Shown here: positions 43,842-47,608 of the stretch, piece by piece
Position numbering within the stretch: the first letter of the stretch is position 1
Layout of the letters: each line of letters starts with the position of its first letter
Assembly (NCBI GenBank): GCA_045863235.1
Contig: BTUM01000063.1
Coordinates: 1 to 47,608 of the forward strand
Length of the DNA stretch: 47,608 bases
Direction: 5' to 3'
Origin: Candidatus Xenobia bacterium
GTDB taxonomy: Bacteria; Vulcanimicrobiota; Xenobia; Xenobiales; QWHO01
Made by a program: the position numbers and the translations under genes
The notes under the pieces: generated by a model
What the model was told of the DNA's origin: nothing
What the model saw: only the letters and a program-made list of their open reading frames with translations
Database searches by the model: none

Positions 43842-46448
43842 ATGGAACTCACCTTTGAGCTCAACGGCCAGCCGGTGTCGGTCGAGTGCCCTCCCGCGGC
43901 CAGCCTGCTCGAAATTTTGCGTGAATCGTTGGGCATCCTGTCGGTCAAGAACGGCTGCGCCCCGATGGGCCAGTGCGGCTGCTGCCTGGTGCTGGTGGAC
44001 GGGCGTCCCCTGACAAGTTGCGCCATCAAGGCCGAGAAAGCGCAGGGGCGTAGCGTGCAGACCCTGGAGGGCCTCTCCTCCGAGCTGCGCGAGCGTTACG
44101 CCCGCGCCTTCGTGGCCACGGCCGGCATGCAGTGCGGTTTCTGCATCCCCGGCATGGTGCTGCGGGCCCACGCGCTGCTCGAGAAGAACCCATCCCCCAC
44201 CCGCATCGAGATGGCGCGAGCCCTGGATGGCCACCTGTGCCGCTGTACCGGCTACCTCAAGATCTTCCAAGCGGTGGAGGCCATGACCCGGGACGCCGAG
44301 CCCTGCCAGGATGGCCGGGTGGGCTGCTCGCTGGGCCGCTACGACGGGGTACGCCAGGCGCTGGGCGAGCGGCCCTACGTGGACGACCTGGTCTTCCCCG
44401 GCATGCTGCGCGGCGCGCTGGTCTTCTCTCCCCACGCCCGGGCGCGCGTGAAAAAGATCCGCGTGGAGACGGCCCGCACGCTTCCCGGCGTGGTGGCCGT
44501 GGCCACCGCCGCCGACGTTCCCGGCGAGCGCTGGTACGGCCTGGTGCTGTCCGACTGGCCCGGGCTGGTGGCCGAGGGCGAAGAGGTGCGCTGCGTGGGG
44601 GACGTGCTGGCGGCCGTGGCCGCGGTTGACGAAGCCACCGCCCGGGCTGCCGCGGCCCTGGTCGAGGTGGAGTACGAGCCCCTCGAGCCGGTGCTGGAGG
44701 CCGAGGCCGCCCTGAGTGCTCCGCCTGTCAACCCGCGCCAACCCGGCGGCAACGTCCTGTCGCACACCCGGGTGGAGCGGGGGGACGTGGCCGCCGGCCG
44801 GGCCGCCAGCGCCCACGTGGTGGAGGGCGTCTGGACCACCCAGCGCATCGAGCACTGCTTTCTCGAGCCAGAGAGCGCGGTGGCCGTGCCGCTCGAAGGC
44901 GGGGTCAAGCTGTATACCCAGGGCCAGGGCATCTTCGACGATCGGCGCCAGGTAGCGAGTTTCCTGGGCCTTGCCCAGGAGCAGGTCGAGGTGGAGCTGA
45001 TACCCAACGGCGGCGCCTTCGGGGGCAAGGAGGACATGTCGGTGCAGGCCCAGACCGCCCTGTTGGCGGTGCTGACCGGCAAACCTGTCAAGCTGACCCT
45101 GGATCGACTCGAGTCCATCCGCCTGCATCCCAAGCGCCATCCCATCCGCATGCGCTACGCCGTGGGCTGTGACGCCGAAGGCCGCCTGACCTTCGTGCAG
45201 GCCGACCTGCTGGGAGACAGCGGAGCCTACGCCTCGGTAGGCATGAAGGTGCTCGAGCGGGCCGCCGGCCACGCCTGCGGGCCGTACCGGGTGCCCAACG
45301 TGGAGGTCGAGTCGCGCGCCGTCTCCACCAACAACCCGCCCTGCGGAGCTATGCGCGGTTTCGGGGTCAACCAGACCGCCTTCGCCATCGAAGGCTGTCT
45401 GGACGAGCTGGCGGCCCGGGTTGGGCTGGATGGCTGGGAGATCCGCTGGCGCAATGCGCTCCAGGTGGGAGACGCCTTCTCCACCGGCCAGGTGCTCTCC
45501 AAGTCAGTGGGGATCAAGGCTACCCTGCTGGCGGTCAAGGAGGCCTATTACGGTGCCCTGAGCGCTGGCCAGGCGGTAGGCATCGCCTGCGGGTTGAAGA
45601 ACTCGGGCCTGGGCAACGGAGCCCGCGAGTGGGGCAAGGCCCGACTGGTGGTCGAGCCCGACGGCACCATCTCGCTTTACAACGGCTACACCGAGATGGG
45701 CCAGGGCCTTTTGACCGTGCTGGTGCAGTGCGCCGTGGAGGTGACCGGACTCTCGGCCTCTCTGTTCCGACCCCGGGTGGACTCGACCTTCGCGCTGGGC
45801 TGCGGCCAGACCACCGGCTCGCGCGCGACGCTCTTCGGGGGCCGGGCGGTGGTGGCGGCGGCCGAGAAGCTGAAGGCCGACCTGGATTCCGGGCTCGGGC
45901 TGTGCGATCTGACCGGGCGGGTCTACGCCGGGGACGTGCTTACCGAGGATACCACCCGCCCCGGAGCCCTGGGCCCCATCAAGACCCACACCACCTTCGC
46001 CTACGCCACCCAGGTGGTGCTGCTCGACGGCGAGGGGCGTCTGGAGCGAGTGGTGGCCGCTCACGACGTGGGTCGTGCCATCAACCCGGCTCTGTGCGAG
46101 GGGCAGATCGAGGGGTCGATCCACATGGGCCTGGGCTATGCTCTCAGCGAGGAGCTCCCCTGCCAGGATGGCCACCCGGTTCCCCGAGACCTCCGCACGC
46201 TGGGGGTGCTGCGCCCTCGCGACATGCCGCCGGTGGACGTAATCCTGGTGGAGGATCCCGAGCCGGAAGGGCCGTTCGGGGCCAAGGGGGTGGGGGAGAT
46301 CGGGCTGGTGCCCACGGCCGCCGCCGTGGCCGGGGCGCTGGAGCGCTTCGATGGGGTGCGACGCCGCACGCTGCCGATGAAGGACAGCCCGGCCGCGCGG
46401 GCTTTGAGCGTGGGCAAGCTCAAGGGGGATCGAGCAAGCTGGCGCTGA
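43842..46448 (+). CDS. Fused 2Fe-2S / molybdopterin hydroxylase (selenium-dependent xanthine dehydrogenase-like)
   Basis: KNGC..GQCGCC, QCGFCIPG, CRCTGY, GGAFGGKE, GAMRGFG, GLKNSGLG, EMGQG, GQTTGSR, KGVGEIG. Confidence 0.88.
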   Translation: MELTFELNGQPVSVECPPAASLLEILRESLGILSVKNGCAPMGQCGCCLVLVDGRPLTSCAIKAEKAQGRSVQTLEGLSSELRERYARAFVATAGMQCGFCIPGMVLRAHALLEKNPSPTRIEMARALDGHLCRCTGYLKIFQAVEAMTRDAEPCQDGRVGCSLGRYDGVRQALGERPYVDDLVFPGMLRGALVFSPHARARVKKIRVETARTLPGVVAVATAADVPGERWYGLVLSDWPGLVAEGEEVRCVGDVLAAVAAVDEATARAAAALVEVEYEPLEPVLEAEAALSAPPVNPRQPGGNVLSHTRVERGDVAAGRAASAHVVEGVWTTQRIEHCFLEPESAVAVPLEGGVKLYTQGQGIFDDRRQVASFLGLAQEQVEVELIPNGGAFGGKEDMSVQAQTALLAVLTGKPVKLTLDRLESIRLHPKRHPIRMRYAVGCDAEGRLTFVQADLLGDSGAYASVGMKVLERAAGHACGPYRVPNVEVESRAVSTNNPPCGAMRGFGVNQTAFAIEGCLDELAARVGLDGWEIRWRNALQVGDAFSTGQVLSKSVGIKATLLAVKEAYYGALSAGQAVGIACGLKNSGLGNGAREWGKARLVVEPDGTISLYNGYTEMGQGLLTVLVQCAVEVTGLSASLFRPRVDSTFALGCGQTTGSRATLFGGRAVVAAAEKLKADLDSGLGLCDLTGRVYAGDVLTEDTTRPGALGPIKTHTTFAYATQVVLLDGEGRLERVVAAHDVGRAINPALCEGQIEGSIHMGLGYALSEELPCQDGHPVPRDLRTLGVLRPRDMPPVDVILVEDPEPEGPFGAKGVGEIGLVPTAAAVAGALERFDGVRRRTLPMKDSPAARALSVGKLKGDRASWR

Positions 46449-46465
46449 TGTTGTCCAGCTGAGCC

Positions 46466-47608
46466 TCAGCGCTTGGGCTTGCCCTGTCGCACCTTGCGCA
46501 ACTCCTGCTCGTTCACGATGGGAGCGGCATACTTCAAGCTGGCTACCTGGGGCTGCTCGGTCTCGGCGAGCAGGCTTCGGGCGCCTTCCGAAGTGGTGAT
46601 CGAGTCGGCCACCGCGATGAACTTCTCGCCCCCGGCGCGGTAGTTCACCGAGCTGACCATGGCCACGTCCGGCTTCTTCTCGGCGATGCAGACCGGGCAC
46701 GAGCCCTCCTGAGGCAGATCGGTGCCGCAGGTGGGGCACTTGCGATTCTGGGGCAGCTCGGCATCTTCTTGACCGCGACTTCGCTGCTGGTGCGGGTCAG
46801 GGTTCCACTGCTGCTCGCCGGTCGGCTGCACCCGGTGCTTCTCGGCCTCTCGCACAAGCTTCAGGCCGGTCGACTTGCGAATGCCGGTCCAGTCCACATC
46901 GTCCTCGCCCACGTCGTCAGGCAGCTGCAGGCCAAAGGCCTGGGCGCGCGAGTGCAGCTCGTGCAGGTCCTCGTTCTCTCCGGGCTGATGAGACTGGGCG
47001 TCCTGAGCATTGCTGGGGGCCGGCCGGGCGGGAGCCGAGCCGGCATGACCGCCGGGCAGACCCGGGGTAAAGATGACGTTGCGACCACCGAACTGGCGTA
47101 CCCCTGGCGCTCCAGCCTGAGGGTCGACGCCCTCTCCGCCCCGGGAGGGCATTCCGGACACTGTGCCTGAGCTGCCGCCCGAGCCGCCTGTGCCTCCCGA
47201 GGAAACCACTCCCCTGGCCCCCTGGGGCCCGGGTCCGGAGGAACCGAGTTGGGCCGTCCCGCCGCCTCCCGAGCCGGCCTTGCCCGTCTGCCGGGGTGAG
47301 CCCTGCCCTTGAGCCGGCGCCTGGAACTCCATGCGGCCCTGGCGCTGAGGAGCGGCCTGTGCGCCTCGGGGCAGATGAGCCGAGCCACGCGGCTGCTCGG
47401 ACTGAACCCGGGGCTGATTCTGTGCCTCGGCTCTGGCCGGAGCGCGCTCCAGGGGTGCCCTGGGCGTGGGCGGAGTGCCCCGCGCCGGAGCCTGCGCCTG
47501 GCTGCGCTCGGCCGCCGGTTTGGGCTGGCTCGGCTGCTGAGGCGGGGTCTCGGCCTTCGCCTGGGCGCGCTCTTGAGGAGCCCTGGGCGTGGGCGGAGTG
47601 CCCCGCGC
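46466..47608 (-). CDS. Low-complexity Pro/Gly/Gln-rich protein with C-terminal CxxC zinc ribbon; 5'-truncated by window edge
   Basis: Frame has no stop from 47608 to 46466; CPTCG...CPVC near the C-terminus. Confidence 0.6.
   Translation of the reverse strand, partial: ARGTPPTPRAPQERAQAKAETPPQQPSQPKPAAERSQAQAPARGTPPTPRAPLERAPARAEAQNQPRVQSEQPRGSAHLPRGAQAAPQRQGRMEFQAPAQGQGSPRQTGKAGSGGGGTAQLGSSGPGPQGARGVVSSGGTGGSGGSSGTVSGMPSRGGEGVDPQAGAPGVRQFGGRNVIFTPGLPGGHAGSAPARPAPSNAQDAQSHQPGENEDLHELHSRAQAFGLQLPDDVGEDDVDWTGIRKSTGLKLVREAEKHRVQPTGEQQWNPDPHQQRSRGQEDAELPQNRKCPTCGTDLPQEGSCPVCIAEKKPDVAMVSSVNYRAGGEKFIAVADSITTSEGARSLLAETEQPQVASLKYAAPIVNEQELRKVRQGKPKR
47457..47608 (-). repeat. Intragenic direct repeat, 123 bp period (ARGTPPTPRAP.ERA)
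   Basis: gccctgggcgtgggcggagtgccccgcgc is identical at 47457-47485 and 47580-47608. Confidence 0.85.

Overview
GC-rich bacterial chromosomal segment with about 44 densely packed genes; no rRNA, tRNA, CRISPR array, integrase or transposase recognised. In order: a 5'-truncated PilC/GspF platform protein with a long repeat-rich N-terminal arm, an XRE regulator, a divergent aldehyde dehydrogenase and PLP aminotransferase, ferritin, DUF1800/DUF1501, glutathione peroxidase, a lone class III-like PhaC, a pyrimidine cluster (pyrBICD...pyrEF) split by three oppositely oriented genes, a minor-pilin cluster interrupted by a split membrane spermidine-synthase-fold protein, trpS, a nucleotide-sugar/Pgl-like glycosylation cluster with a truncated GT4, tandem EEP genes-phzF-NMNAT-like-Ser/Thr kinase, an ADP-dependent sugar kinase family protein, a fused molybdenum hydroxylase, and a truncated Pro-rich repeat protein. 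Best leads: (1) two related structured non-coding elements in separate convergent intergenic regions (about 1941-2034 and 10444-10570); (2) nine T-x-x-[M/I] motifs on the PilC arm, a possible phospho-Thr/FHA docking array; (3) a SAM-fold membrane enzyme pair inside the minor-pilin operon next to glycosylation genes; (4) an ADP-GK/PFK family protein. All product calls come from motif recognition by eye, not database searches.
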